Notes under the pieces: model-generated | Databases searched by the model: none | Told to the model about the DNA's origin: nothing | Seen by the model: the letters and a program-made list of their open reading frames with translations, nothing else | Translations under genes and position numbers: made by a program | Part shown: one piece after another, positions 38,475 through 52,805 of the stretch | How positions within the stretch are numbered: position 1 is the stretch's first letter | Layout of the letters: every line of letters starts with the position of its first letter | NCBI GenBank assembly: GCA_964016885.1 | Contig: OZ024741.1 | Span: 228,594,001-228,658,000, forward strand | Source of the DNA: Eledone cirrhosa | Taxonomy: Eukaryota | Reading direction: 5' to 3' | DNA: 64,000 nt

Positions 38475-40679
38475 AATATATGGAACCAACCAACCAACCG
38501 GAAATTTATAAACTTAAAAAAAAAAAAAAATTTTTTTTTGACAAAAATGTTTAATTTATAATAAATTGGAATGAAAGCATCTGGTGCGTGTCTTTCTTAT
38601 TGGCAAAATGACCCTCCCAAAGTATAACAATATATATATATATAAAGTTAGTAGAAATAGAAGCCTTCACCATATGTTTGGTTAAAGACATTTAAGCCTG
38701 ATATAAACATTTTCAAATTAAGATATTTGATAGGACCTCTATAAACAACCCAAGTAACTGATTAAGATTAAGTATATAAAGTATCTAATTATAAAAATTA
38801 TAATACGAGAATATATTACTGATAAATATTTATGCTAGAGGAAGGATGGTGGAGCGGGTATCGCTGGCTGTTCTCCGCGACAATGCTTTCACTATCTTGT
38901 TTGCAGGACACAGCTGAGAAGTACCGCCCAACCATAGGTGTAGAGTTCGCAGTCCCCTCCCCCATTTGTTCCAAAGCCCCCTTTTTATTCTCTCTATTGT
39001 AAATATATACAACTGAATATGAATTTCTGAATCAATAAATGAATCTACTTTAAAATAAATAATATATATAACCAAAGTAGTCCGTATTGGCTCAACACAC
39101 AGTATATTAGATTGTTTACATGGTTTCAGGGTTAATCCCACAGCATGCAAATTGGGGTACGTGTCTTTCCTCATTACCACGGATCATCACAGAAGGGACT
39201 GAACATATGGAAACTGTGTGAAACTGGAGATACGGGTCATTTTTTTGCGTGGTAAACTTATTCTGTCACTCACAACACCACGTGTTCTATGTGTGTCTTT
39301 AGCCGAGCTCGTTCTGTTGCAAACATACAGACCAGGTCTCCAGTCTGAAGATAACTTTAACTTTCTGCCACAAGTCTTGGAGGCTTTCAATATGGCCATG
39401 GTGGTTGCTGTTCAGCTTCTGTAAGTTATTCAAAGGGGGAAAAGTAGATTTCACATAAGGTTAGTAACGTCAGCATCATATGTTTATGAAAATTTTGTTG
39501 TGGCATCCTAACCTTTACGAAAAGATATCAGTGGTCTTTGTCATATACTTTCGGAATTATCATATACCAGAAGAGAAGGCTAACAAACGTATAGTAAAGT
39601 TTACAGACCAATTCAGTGCTATCCTAACATGATCTAACATAGTATACAGAATGTAGTTTGAAGCTTTGTTGTTTTCATCCGTCTTGTGACAATTTTGTTT
39701 CTCGGCTTTAAGCTAGTTTTGCCACTGGGGACTTTTATTAATCAATAACTCCATTTTTTCGTCAGTTTTCTTTATTCGACCAAACTACGTACACACAAAT
39801 GCATACACGCATGATCACACAGGCACAAACACATACACATGCGCACAATCGAACTCACAGGCACACATACACATACGCACAATTGAATTCACATGCACAC
39901 ACACACATATACACATACACACACATACACACGTAGATATGTATATGTGTGTGTGTCTATTTATTCACACGTAAACTGCCAGATTTATACACTGTTTTTA
40001 CATGGATGACGGTTTCAAAAAGAAGCGTTCTTAGTATTTCACACGTTCGCCGACACAAATAGACGCACATACACACAACAATACACACACGCCTGCATGC
40101 ACACGCACACAAACAAACATCCGGATAGACAAATAGGTATACACATACACATATATACAATTGCTAAGAATTGCCACCAACTACAGCACCAAAATAATTA
40201 GGCCTCCACCATCAGACAATTAACAGTACTAGCAGAAAACCACCCATTAGGGTAGTTTTCTGCTAGCATGTGTAGTGTGCATATTGATATTATATGCAAA
40301 TACATATCCAAGTAGATATGATACGTCAAATAAAATCGTAATTCATAATATGCACAGAAATTGAAGAGAGACTATGTTAGACTGTCTTCTGTAATCAGTA
40401 AATAATCCAAGGTACGTTTAAAAAAGACAATATTATATATAAACTGCATTACGGTGAATTGTAATGAAAAGGAAAAACGAGAAAATTAGCGACGGAAATA
40501 GAAACGTTATGATATAATGATGCAAATATATGAACGCTTATAAAAGCGATATCTCATTTAGAAATCTCTATTCTAGCTTCATGTAAAATCTCATTTAGAA
40601 AATATTAATCTCACTTTGATGTGGCATTGCCTCATTTTGAATTGATACACATACTGTACTTCGCCTCCTCCTCCTCGCC

Positions 40680-40737
<58 letters not shown>

Positions 40738-41839
40738 AACAAATGTTTTAACATGGATCCAAAACTAACTGCAACAAATGGAGAGACATCAACAACAATA
40801 TCAACACCACCACAAGCATCACCAACAGCAGCAGTAGCAGCAATAGCAGGATCATGATCATCATCATCATCACTCTCATCATCATGAACACCAACGTCAA
40901 ATTCAGCAGCAGCGGCAGCACCAGCAACAGCAACGATGCCATCACAATAACCGTTATCATCAACAACACCAACACCTCCATTATCAACGACAATACCGCC
41001 AATGTTATCATCCTCATCATCAACATTAGTAGCAGCTGCAGCAGCAACAGCAGCAGTAACTGCAGCAGCGGCACTGTAAAACATACTACAGCAACAGTAA
41101 CCGCAACGAACCAACAGAAAAAACTTCAGTGTGGACACTCACTCTGCTAGAAATAACAGTAATACTTCTTTCATAAAACATCCTGTAGTCTTACGAAGGA
41201 TACGTTGGATTATATAGTGCAACATATGAAAAGACAGGATGGTTATTGCTGGATCACCTTTGAACAATGGTTTGCTCATTCAGGGCTGTTCCGGGGCTAA
41301 ACTACTGCTACTACCACCACTACTACTTCTGCTGGTGCTACTGCTACTGCTGCTGCTGCTGTTACTAATACTGCTGGTGCTACTAAAGCAAGAGAAATAT
41401 AGATTCTGTTAGCTATGTGATGTGAAGACGAATGGTGATGCAACCATGACGTAGCAGTGACGTCAATAGCGCTTTCGTCCGACTACCGGAAGCCATTATA
41501 GTGTCGAGTTCACCATGGAAGTTTTGTCATCGGCAGAGGGCGCTTTCAGGCTGTTTGATACTTGATACGCTTTGAACGTCGGATGTTGGATCAGAGAAAT
41601 TCCGTGTGAGATGCGCGCACACACACACGAGCTTGTGTGTATATGTTTGCTTTTGTGTATTTATATACATATGTAGATGTCTGCAAGTATGTGCATATAT
41701 TCATGTGTCTGAGTTTGGGAATGAATTTATGTTTGTATGGTGTATGTGTGCATGTTTAGAAGTTTGTTTATTTATGTATATATGTATATTCGCGCGTGTA
41801 CGTGTAGATGGTGTAAAATGTATGTTTAGGCGCCTCTGT

Positions 41840-41932
41840 GCGTGAGTTTATGCGTATGTGTATGTGTTTGTGTGTATGTGTCTGCGTCTGAGTGATGTGC
41901 ATACGTGATTATGTGCCAGAATGTGCATGTGT

Positions 41933-42001
<69 letters not shown>

Positions 42002-42850
42002 TGTGTGATATACATGCATGAATGTTTTTGTGAGTGTTCGCTAAGACATGTTCACACGTGTGTCTTCTGTATTTCTATCTGCGAACATTTATTCAAGCAT
42101 TTTTGTATTCACGCGTGCGTATGATAGTTTCTTGCATGAGTTTTTATACGAAATGTGAAACTACATATATCTTAGTCTGTGTGTGTTTATGTGTGGATAT
42201 GTGTGTTTATGTGTATGTGTGTATTTGCGCGTGTGTGTGTTTGTGTGTATGTGTGTGTTTGCGTGTATGTGTGTATGTGTGTTTGGGTGAATGTGTGTGT
42301 ATATGTGTGTTTGTGTGTTTGTGTGTATGTGTTTGCGTGTTTGTGTGTATGTGTGTGTATATGTGCGTTTGTGTGTTAGTGTGTATGTGTGTGTTTGTGT
42401 GTATATGTGTGTTTTGTGTGTATGTCTATGCATGTGTGTATATGTGTGTATGTGTGTGTTTCTGTGTATGTGTGTATGTGTGTTTGTGTGTATGTGTGTA
42501 TGTGTGTATGTGTGTATGTCTGTATATTTGTGTATGTGTGTATATGTGTGTATGTGTGGGTTTCTGTGTATTGTGTATGTGTGTTTGTGTGTATGTGCCT
42601 ATGTGTAAAATATGAGCAATTGTGTCTGTGTGTGGATTTGTGTTTGGCTGTGTATGTGTGTATGTGTGTATGTCTTTCTAAATTTGTTTTTGCTCATCTT
42701 CCTTGTGTGCATGTGTACCTTCGTGTGTATATATACTATCCTGGCGTGTATGAGTGCGTGAGATGTAAAGAGTTGTGTGCTTATCTGTGTGTCAATGTGT
42801 TGCTCTGTTCGTATGTATCTATGTCTGTGTTTGTAAGTGTGTATGTGTGT
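41840..42850. repeat. Degenerate (TG)n/(TGTA)n microsatellite tract
   Basis: Seen directly. Confidence 0.93.
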
Positions 42851-42854
42851 TTAT

Positions 42855-43145
42855 GAGGATGGGAAAGATGAGCCCCATCTCTTCTGTAATGGTTGATCAT
42901 GGGTTTGCACCTCGAAAATTCTACTCCAAGGCAAAGTCTTCTTCTGGAAGACCAGTAGTCCACCATACATACCAGTCTCCCATCTCCACGACACAGATGT
43001 TCTCCAAGACCGATACAGCTTGGCAATAATGTCATCAGAACTAATTTTTTTCCAGCTGAAGGAATTGGAGCAAGGTGATATATATAGTGTCTTGCTCAAA
43101 GAGACAATACGCCGCTTGGTCCGGGAATCGAACTCACACCCCATA
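42855..43145 (-). mobile_element. CORE-type tRNA SINE, diverged (related pieces at about 21900-22130 +, 50490-50612 -, 53450-53577 -)
   Basis: Minus strand GAGTTCGATTCCC B-box then TTGTCTCTTTGAGCAAGACACT..TCACCTTGCTCC, resembling the CORE domain. Confidence 0.6.
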
Positions 43146-43363
43146 TGCTTGTCAGTGTGTGTGTGCTAAATAGGTGTGTTTGTATGTGATGGGATAACAT
43201 TAGTGAGTAAGTCAGGTACGCACAGGTATGTGTGAGTATGAACTGTTGCATGTGTATGTGTATGCAAATGTGAGTCTATAACTGTATGTGAATATACACA
43301 CTTATATGAGTATCCTCGTTTTTCTGAACATACGTATATACACATGTATGCATAGATATAGAC

Positions 43364-43396
<33 letters not shown>

Positions 43397-44691
43397 TGTA
43401 TGTATGTATGTATGTATGTATGTATGTATGTATGTATGTATGTATGTCAGGTTAGGTCTCTGCCTGCTTCTGGTGCTATGATGTACAGTACAACCTGTTT
43501 CATGGTCGGGTGGTCGGCGACTAAACTGGCTCCCCCACCAGACCCTGGTCTGGCGAGGAGGGTAAGCAGAAACCCTGTAACACAAAAACAAGAGCTGTCA
43601 AGGGGAGGATGAACTCCACAGGGGCAACGGTCATCCACCCCAACAATGGGTTACATAGCGTCACCAAACTGCAATTGGCCAAATGTGATGGGTAAACCTG
43701 CAACTCCTGGAGAAGTTAATCTCCATGACAATAACACATACAATCCTCGTTCCGTTATCTTGCCTTGGCTTGTCACTGGACTCATAGCTGCTAGGATGGA
43801 GTGGGTGTTTTGCGTGTAGCAGAAGCAGGTGACATTGCCACTGCAAATATTTCTTCACAAGTCGCAAAGCGGTGGAAGAGTGGCAATATATGCAGACTCG
43901 AGCGGTTAGAAGCTCATAGTCACAAATCTACATGTGGGTGGATCGAATCTTATCCTACTTTCACTGCACTTTGATCTTAACAGCAACATGCTTCAAACAA
44001 GTTTTGAGCATCTGAGCATTCTTTTTGGAGCCTCACTGCTCACCCATACCACATGGTAATGGTCTAGAAAAGGTGGCTTAAACAAAGACTGCTAAGTCAT
44101 CAAACTAGTCAGCAGCCTGTAGTTAGCGGTAGTTCATAATAGCAGGGAATTCTTTGATGAGATAGCCGTCTTCTGTAAAGAAGTGGCAGTTATCATGTGT
44201 GTATGTATGTATGTTTATCTCTTTCTCTTAATTTCGAGTATATTTTTGGCCGGCCACCTTCCTGGTGGCAAGGTTGTAAAAGAAAAGAAATTGTCATCCC
44301 TTGAGTTCAGTTATACATTGGTCCAAGCGGGTTGGTATATAACCTGTAACTCCAATAATGATGGGTATAAAGCTGAAGGTGTATCTTGGATACTGGATCT
44401 GCAAACTCTTCATCAATGGTCCCTAGATGTCCTCATCTTGTATTTTTTTTACCCGCTTCTTTACAACCTTGCCATTGCACGTCGGCTGGTCAAAATAAAC
44501 ACTTACATCCTAATCAGGAAGAGAAAGCAAATGTATGCATACATATACATACTTACACATACATATATGATACAGGAATACAATGCACATATTAATACGT
44601 AAATGCATACATATGTATGTATGTATATACATACACACACACATATATATATATATGTATGTATATATAAATAAATATATATATATATATA

Positions 44692-45430
44692 TGAGAGGAA
44701 TGAACACCGATACAAGTATACATGTGATCGAATTGCAAATAACCAAGTTAGTTAGGTTGAAAAAATACTAATTTAAAACAATACGGTTTACACGTCTCGA
44801 TTTAAAGTAATAAATCAATAAAAATAACAAACCTATATTGGGCAACCGCCGTTTGACACCCGGACAGATCTAAATCAGTTTCGCAACAATTATTAAGTGA
44901 AAGCCACCATTACTGTGTTCTTCTGCTGGTATCCAGGGAATTCGTACCTTTCACTTCAAAAGATCTAGGGAGACTGAACTATGTGTTGGTATAAAAGCAC
45001 ATATTACAGCGCCTAGCGCGTCTCATACTCGTGCCGCCAAAAATAGCAGCCGGTTTAATGGGACTAAAGTTAGCTCTACCTATGGAGCCGAGAATATCAT
45101 ATATTGAGTTAGAAACTCAAAATAGTCTTTTACAATTAAATAGCTCAAGGAAGGGAATCTTTCCGAGCCGTGTAATACATTTGAATATATGAGAGGGACG
45201 AACCCGATACAAGTATACATGTGTTCGAATTGCAAATGGACAAGTTAGTTAGACCGAAAAATACTAATTTATAACAATATGGTTTGCCTGTCTCGATTTA
45301 AAATAATAGATCAATAAAAATGACAAATCTATATTGGACAGCCGCCGTTTGATACCAGGTATACTTGTATAGGTGTTAATCCCTCTCATATACTCAATTG
45401 TATTACACGGCTCAAAAATATCCATGTATA
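44692..45430. repeat. ~500-bp partial tandem unit ending in a ~55-bp inverted repeat (45166-45220 / 45356-45413)
   Basis: 44692-44860 recurs at 45191-45356; inverted copy of 45278-45435 at about 48000-48160. Confidence 0.75.
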
Positions 45431-45440
45431 TTACACACAC

Positions 45441-45630
<190 letters not shown>

Positions 45631-46033
45631 GGGTGTGTACGTATGGATTCACCGAACATTTATTATAATGCTCGGTGTGTTTGTAAACAAACATCCCATA
45701 TTAAGCCGTAGTGTCTAGCAACCATCGTTGCTCGTTTGTACAACACTGACAAAGGAACGCTGTCCTAGTTTCAAGCTTATTAGCTATCGTCAGCAACGTA
45801 TACCTTCCTGCCAGATGATTGAACGTCTGAAAGTATATACTTTCCTTATGCATATTAACGGCTGAGCAGCCTAATTTGCATATCGAGTGGGTTAATCGGC
45901 CGGGTGCTCCGAAAACGATAAACGGAAAAAAAGAAACGAAATTTCATTTCCCACTCTTAGTACGGTTGTTATTTAAATATAAGTATGTATACGCAGGAAG
46001 GTATACGGAAAAAATGAAACGAAATTTCATTTC

Positions 46034-46512
46034 ACAGAGGCAATAAACATAAATGAACTCCAACCAAAATTAAATAGAAAACATGAATGGAATAGCAACA
46101 TCACAACTTACAATTAAGGACAAAATGAAAACACACAAACACATAGGAGAAACAACCAACCAGTAACATTTAAATAAACAAATAAATAAACAAATATAAA
46201 CACACAGAGACACCAGATGTAACACATGGGCAAACTAAGCACACAACACACACAAAAACAACATGGCGTAGGACAGAACAAAGGAGAGGCACCAAAACAA
46301 AGAAAAGAATCCCCAGTCACTGAAGAGGTCACAGAATGTGTGACGAAAGAACTTTGACAATATATGAACAATCGTCTGGTTGTGGAACCAACGAACCAAC
46401 TGGAAATTTATAAATTCTTAAATTTATGAATTTAATTTTTAATAAATTGAAGTGAAAGCAACTGGTGCGTGTGTTTCTTATTGGCAACATGACCCTCCCA
46501 AAGGATAACAAT
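46034..46512 (+). mobile_element. Solo 3' terminal repeat of the Neptune-like PLE, with hammerhead at 46316-46358
   Basis: Close homolog of 38162-38635. Confidence 0.88.
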
Positions 46513-46521
46513 ATATATATA

Positions 46522-46590
<69 letters not shown>

Positions 46591-47732
46591 GGATTAACAA
46601 ATAATAGTTAAATGCAGTCCACTTAGGTGAAGTCCATTTATGGTATTCCAGGTAGTGGATGATATTAACACTTGGCTTGGTTTGACTCAACAAGGCGTTT
46701 TCATAGTGATGATGCGAGTATGCTGTAATTCCTATGTTGTAAACACTTGGAGTAATAATAAATCAGGAAAGAAGGTTTACATGGTTTGCTATACAAAAAA
46801 GTTTTTAATCACATAGCTTACATTTGTTTCACTGAATATATATATATATATATAAATGGAAAAAATGAAACGAAATTTCATTTCTCACTCACTGTTAGTT
46901 CGGCTGTTACTTAAATATAAGTATGTATACGTACATACATATATGTATACAGATGTACAGTAGTATGATACATACATGCACACATATATATATGTACGTA
47001 TGCATTTACCGAACATTTAATATAATGCTCGGTTTGTTTGTAAACAAACATCCCGAATTAAGCCGTACAGTGTTTAGCAGCCATCGTTGCCCATTTGTTC
47101 AACACTGACAAAGGAACGATGTACTAGTTTCAAGCTTATTAGCTATCGTCAGTACCGTATACCTTCCTGCCAGATGGTTGAACGTCTGAAAGTATATACT
47201 TTCCTAATGCATATTAACGGTTGAGCAGCCTAATTTGCATATCGAGTTAGTTAGTCGGCCGGGCGCCCCGAAAACGATAAATGGAAAAAATGAAACGAAA
47301 TTTCATTTCTCATTCACTCTTAGTACGGCTGTTACTTAAATATAAGTATGTATACGTACATACATATATGTATACAGACGTACAGTAGTATGTATATATA
47401 TACATACATGCACACATATATATATGTACGTACGGATTTACCGAACATTTATTATAATGCTCGGTGTGTGTGCATGTATGTGTGCATGTATGTATATATA
47501 TATACATACTACTGTACGTCTGTATACATATATGTATGTACGTATACATACTTATATTTAAGTAACAGCCGTACTAAGTGTGAGCGAGAAATGAAATTTC
47601 GTTTCATTATTTCCATTTATCATTTTCAGTGCGCCCGGCCGCTTAACTCACTGGATATGAAAATTACGCTGCCCAGCCGTTAATATGCATAAGGAAAGTA
47701 TATTCTTTCAGACGTTCTGACAGGAAGGTATA

Positions 47733-47773
47733 CGGTGCTGACGATAGCTAATAAGCTTGAAACTAGTACATCG
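47733..47773 (+). ncRNA. Minimal type I hammerhead (430-bp unit family)
   Basis: cggtg-CTGACGA-tagctaataagctt-GAAA-ctag-TA-catcg; stem I fully paired. Confidence 0.8.
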
Positions 47774-48914
47774 TTCCTTTGTCAGTGTTGAACAAAAGGG
47801 CAACGATGGTTGCTAAACATTGTACGGCTTAATTCGGGATGTTTGTTTACAAACAAACCGAGCAATATAATAAATGTTCGGTAAATCCATACGTACATAT
47901 ATATATGTGTGCATGTATGTATATATATACATACTACTGTACGTCTGTATACATATATGTACGTATACATAATTATATATTTATATATGTGTGTGTGTGT
48001 GTGTAATATGCATGCATATTTCTGAGCCGTGTAATACAATTGAATATATGAAAGGGATGAACACCTATACAAGTATACATGGTATCAAACGGTGGTTGCC
48101 CAATATAGGTTTGTTATTTTTATTGATTTATTACTTTAAATTGAGACAAGCAAACCATATATATATATATATAAAATTATGAAACGAAAGGAGCTGTGTG
48201 ATTACTAAAAACAAGATTTAGGATGGTGGTTAGGACGGAACAGAATGAGAAAGGAAGAAATGAGTTTCAATCGTGAGCTGTAAATGTTTCTCGAACTGAT
48301 ATTTCGGCGCTGAATTACAGGACATCGGTGTAGTTCGGGTGCGCCCGAGGCCTTTTATTAATCAAAAGGCCAGGTGGAAAAGGAGAGAGAAAGAGAGAAA
48401 AAAATTGAGAGAGAAAAGGAAAGAGAGGGAAAGGAGGAAGAACAGGGGGGAAAAAGATAAGGAGAGATGAATATATAAGGGTGTGTGCGTGTGTGTGTGT
48501 AATATGCATGCATATACATATTTACGCACACTCATACATGCATACATATATACATACATAGTTGAGAATTTCTTTTACTTTTTATTTATTTTTGTTCGAC
48601 ACTTACCATTCTATTTTCATGTTTTAAAACATAGCGTAATGTTTCGTTGGGTTGCGGTGAGGGCAAAGGCAGGTGGGGGATAGTGGTGGAGGAGAGGGAC
48701 TGGAGTGTGGAGTGTAAGATAGAAGGGGAAATGAGAGAGTGAGAGGGGGAGTAAAGGAGTTAGAATGATGTGTAACGGCTTGGTGATGGTGGTGGTGGTG
48801 GTGGTTGTGGTGGTGATGCTGGTGTTTGTAGGAGGGTGGTGGTGGTGCTGGCGTTGGCGGTGGTGGTGGTGGTGGTGTGACGATAGCTAGGATGATAGTG
48901 GTGTTAAGGCGTGC

Positions 48915-48956
<42 letters not shown>

Positions 48957-49216
48957 TGGAGAGTTGGTGTAGGGCTGGAGGTGGGTGTGTATTTGGGGTG
49001 TATTGAATGTGAAGTGTGTGTTTATGTGGTGGAGTTGGTAGTTGTGGGGGAGTGGATCGGAAGTGATTTGATATCTTCTGGAACGGAACACAGCGACAAA
49101 TTATGAAGTTCCATTTTCGGGTTTAAAGGGTGGTGGTGGTGGTGGTGGTAGTGGTGGTGATGGTGGTGATGGTGGTGTATGTAAGATGGTGATGGTGATG
49201 GTGGTGGTGGTTGTGG

Positions 49217-49268
<52 letters not shown>

Positions 49269-49465
49269 GGTGGTGGTGGTGGGTGAGTGGAAGAGGAAAG
49301 AGGCCAATGCTGTAACGGGTGGCACACTGGTGGTGGAGTTGTGGTGGCGTGTTGGGAGGTTGATTGTAAGGGGATAAGGGATAATGGCTGGCACTTACAG
49401 TATTTTTGTATCTATCATTATCATCGTCGTCATTGTTGTTGTTGTTGTCATTGTTGTTGTCGTTA

Positions 49466-49503
<38 letters not shown>

Positions 49504-49510
49504 GTTGTTG

Positions 49511-49563
<53 letters not shown>

Positions 49564-49849
49564 TCGGTCTTTAATTAGCATCATCTTTATAGTGAACAGG
49601 AGAGGAATAGAAATAACAAACAACAACAACTAGAGCAATAACAACAATAACAAAAGTCTGACACGTCAAAACACAAACTCATTCACATACACACACAAGC
49701 ACATGCATACACACACAAAAACATACAAACAAACATGTACACATAAAAACTAAGAGAAACAAGTTCAGCAAAACACTTGCAAGCCATCATACAAACATAC
49801 AATGGCAAACACATGCTCTAACGGAGAGAGCCAGAGAGGGAGAGAGAGG

Positions 49850-49915
<66 letters not shown>

Positions 49916-50857
49916 CACATAAAACATACAAAGACAAGAAACCGCAAATGTAGTCGCTCGACCTACTAGAAATAACAGTAAAATCCTCCAGAAATCACAT
50001 CTTTTCTGTCTTAAATAGGAAGACGTAAAATAATTGTTTCTACTTTTGGCACAAGGCCACCAATTATCCAATGCATTACTGGTACTTTATTTATCGACCC
50101 GGTAAGGATGAAAGGCAATGTTAACCTCGACGGTAGAAGCCGTAAAATAATATGGTTCTACTTTTACAGCATATAGCGAAAGCACAAGTGAAAAGCATTG
50201 ACAAAATTCACAATTACACAAACTACACACATATTACACATTCACGTACATACACACACATCCGCGCGCTTACATACGCACACACAATACTTATATCTAC
50301 CCAACACACAGACAGAAAGGAATGGAGCTCTATTTGCTTCAACGATGAATTTTCCAGCTGCTCAATCAACGGAGCAACCTGTTCACGTGTACCCTCAACG
50401 TAATTCCCGGTGATATTTTGTGTGACATAATGTATGACAATGTTTTTCCCCTTTAATTACAGGTACAATCCAGTTTCTGTCTATCCAGTTCCTATTCACA
50501 AGGCATGAGTCGACTTAGGCTATGGTAAATGGCACTTAACCAAGATGACACGCAGTGGGATCGAAACTGAGACCTATGATTGCGAAGCGAACTTCTTAAC
50601 CATTCGCCCATGCTACACACAAAGTCGGTCACACATAGCTAAATACATACCAACACACACATGTGGACAAACATACAACACTTAGACAACGACAAAACAA
50701 AAACAATAATTACTATATTAACTCTATTTTGGTAATTCAATATTTTACATATCACCCTAGTGGCAAATAAAGACATGTTTGTTGTCGATTATGACAGACT
50801 AACCCATCTCTCTAAATTTCTGGGCTTATACTTATGCTAGAAACAATTATTATTATT

Positions 50858-51625
50858 GTGGATTGGTAGTATCGGTAGAGGGTCGGACGCCATGCTTTCT
50901 AGCATAGTTACGTCCCTTTACAATCTGAGTTCAAATCCCGCCGAGGTTGACTTTGCCTTTCATCCTTACGGGGTCGATAAAATAAAGTACCAGTGAGGCA
51001 CTGGGTAGTTGCTGGCCTTGTGCCTAAAGTAGAAACAATTATTGTATATATGGGTGGTGGATGGATTGGCAGTATCAGTAGAGGGTCGGACGCCATGCGT
51101 TGCAGCATAGAGTTACGCCCATTTACGATCTGAGGTTAACTTTGCCTTTCATCCTTACATGGTCGATAAAATAAAGTACCAGTAATGCACTGGGATAATT
51201 GCTGGCCTTGTGCCAAAAGTAGAAACAATTATTATTGTATATTGACAGAATTGATAGAACGTCGGACAAAATATATTGTATACGGCTTTTGAAGTTCTGA
51301 GTTCAAATCCCGCCTTCTATTCTTCCGTGGCCGATAAAATAAAGTGCCAGACAATTACTGCGGTCGATTAAATTGACTTTCCCTTTCCCCTAAAATTGTT
51401 GGCCTTTTGCCTAAATTAGAAACCATTATTTGAATGGCGGTGGATTGGCAGTATCAGTGGAGGGTCGGACGCCATGCTTTCTAACACAGTTACGTCCCTT
51501 TACGGTCTGAGTTCAAATCCCGCCGAGGTTAACTTTGCCTTTCATCCTTACGGGGGTCGATAAAATAAAGTACCAGTAATGTACTGGGTATTTGCTGGCC
51601 TTGTGCCTAAAGTAGAAACAATTAT
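50858..51625 (+). mobile_element. Head-to-tail run of four tRNA-derived SINEs
   Basis: Copies start near 50858, 51053, 51240 and 51435. Confidence 0.88.
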
Positions 51626-51645
51626 TTGATTGTAACCAGCATTCA

Positions 51646-51845
51646 NNNNNNNNNNNNNNNNNNNNNNNNNNNNNNNNNNNNNNNNNNNNNNNNNNNNNNN
51701 NNNNNNNNNNNNNNNNNNNNNNNNNNNNNNNNNNNNNNNNNNNNNNNNNNNNNNNNNNNNNNNNNNNNNNNNNNNNNNNNNNNNNNNNNNNNNNNNNNNN
51801 NNNNNNNNNNNNNNNNNNNNNNNNNNNNNNNNNNNNNNNNNNNNN
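51646..51845. other. Assembly gap (200 N)
   Basis: Run of N. Confidence 1.
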
Positions 51846-52075
51846 GTGTATTGAATGTGAAGTGTGTGTTTATGTGGTGGAGTTGGTAGTTGTGGGGGGA
51901 GTGGATCGGAAGTGATTTGATATCTTCTGGAACGGAACACAGCGACAAATTATGAAGTTCCATTTTCGGGTTTAAAGGGTGGTGGTGGTGGAGTGGTGGT
52001 AGTGGTGGTGATGGTGGTGATGGTGGTGTATGTAAGATGGTGATGGTGATGGTGATGGTGGTGGTGGTGTTGTGG

Positions 52076-52127
<52 letters not shown>

Positions 52128-52340
52128 GGTGGTGGTGGTGGGTGAGTGGAAGAGGAAAGAGGCCAATGCTGTAACGGGTGGCACACTGGTGGTGGAGTTG
52201 TGGTGGCGTGTTGGGAGGTTGATTGTAAGGGGGATAAGGGATAATGGCTGGCACTTACAGTATTTTTGTATCTATCATTATCATCGTCGTCATTGTTGTT
52301 GTTGTTGTCATTGTTGTTGTCGTTATTTTTATTATTATTA

Positions 52341-52384
<44 letters not shown>

Positions 52385-52745
52385 GTTGTTGTTGTTATTA
52401 TTATTATTGTTATTGTTATTATTATTATTATTATTATATTATTATTTCGGTCTTTAATTAGCATCATCTTTATAGTGAACAGGAGAGGAATAGAAATAAC
52501 AAACAACAACAACTAGAGCAATAACAACAATAACAAAAGGTCTGACACGTCAAAACACAAACTCATTCACATACACACACAAGCACATGCATACGCACAC
52601 AAAAACATACAAACAAACATGTACACATAAAAACTAAGAGAAACAAGTTCAGCAAAACACTTGCAAGCCATCATACAAACATACAATGGCAAACACATGC
52701 TCTAACGGAGAGAGCCAGAGAGAGAGAGAGAGAGGGAGAGAGAGG

Positions 52746-52805
<60 letters not shown>

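Larger units (their letters stand above)
36060..38635 (+). mobile_element. Penelope-like element, Neptune-like, decayed
   Basis: PTDKSGRM, RPVCGA, STEDLL, IIGSMDGVSLYPSI, QEEGAAIGV, YSRYVDDI, LDTELW, RMEFSGY, VERPG, Cys-rich linker, VY...YIGETARSI.ER, HQH...H; 3' UTR carries a hammerhead. Confidence 0.9.
45635..47970. mobile_element. Second cluster of the ~430-bp hammerhead unit (45635-46030 -, 46855-47470 -, 47470-47970 +)
   Basis: High identity to 3141-4680; HHRs at 45758-45798 (-, U16.1 changed to G), 47117-47157 (-) and 47733-47773 (+). Confidence 0.87.

Noticed and set aside
43447-43700. HDV-like ribozyme in an RTE 5' UTR-like GC-rich segment
   Set aside because: Could not build the P1/P1.1/P2/P3 nested pseudoknot by eye.
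48290-48340. Possible pre-miRNA hairpin (ctcgaact...agttcggg)
   Set aside because: Only about 9 contiguous pairs; inner stem is poor.
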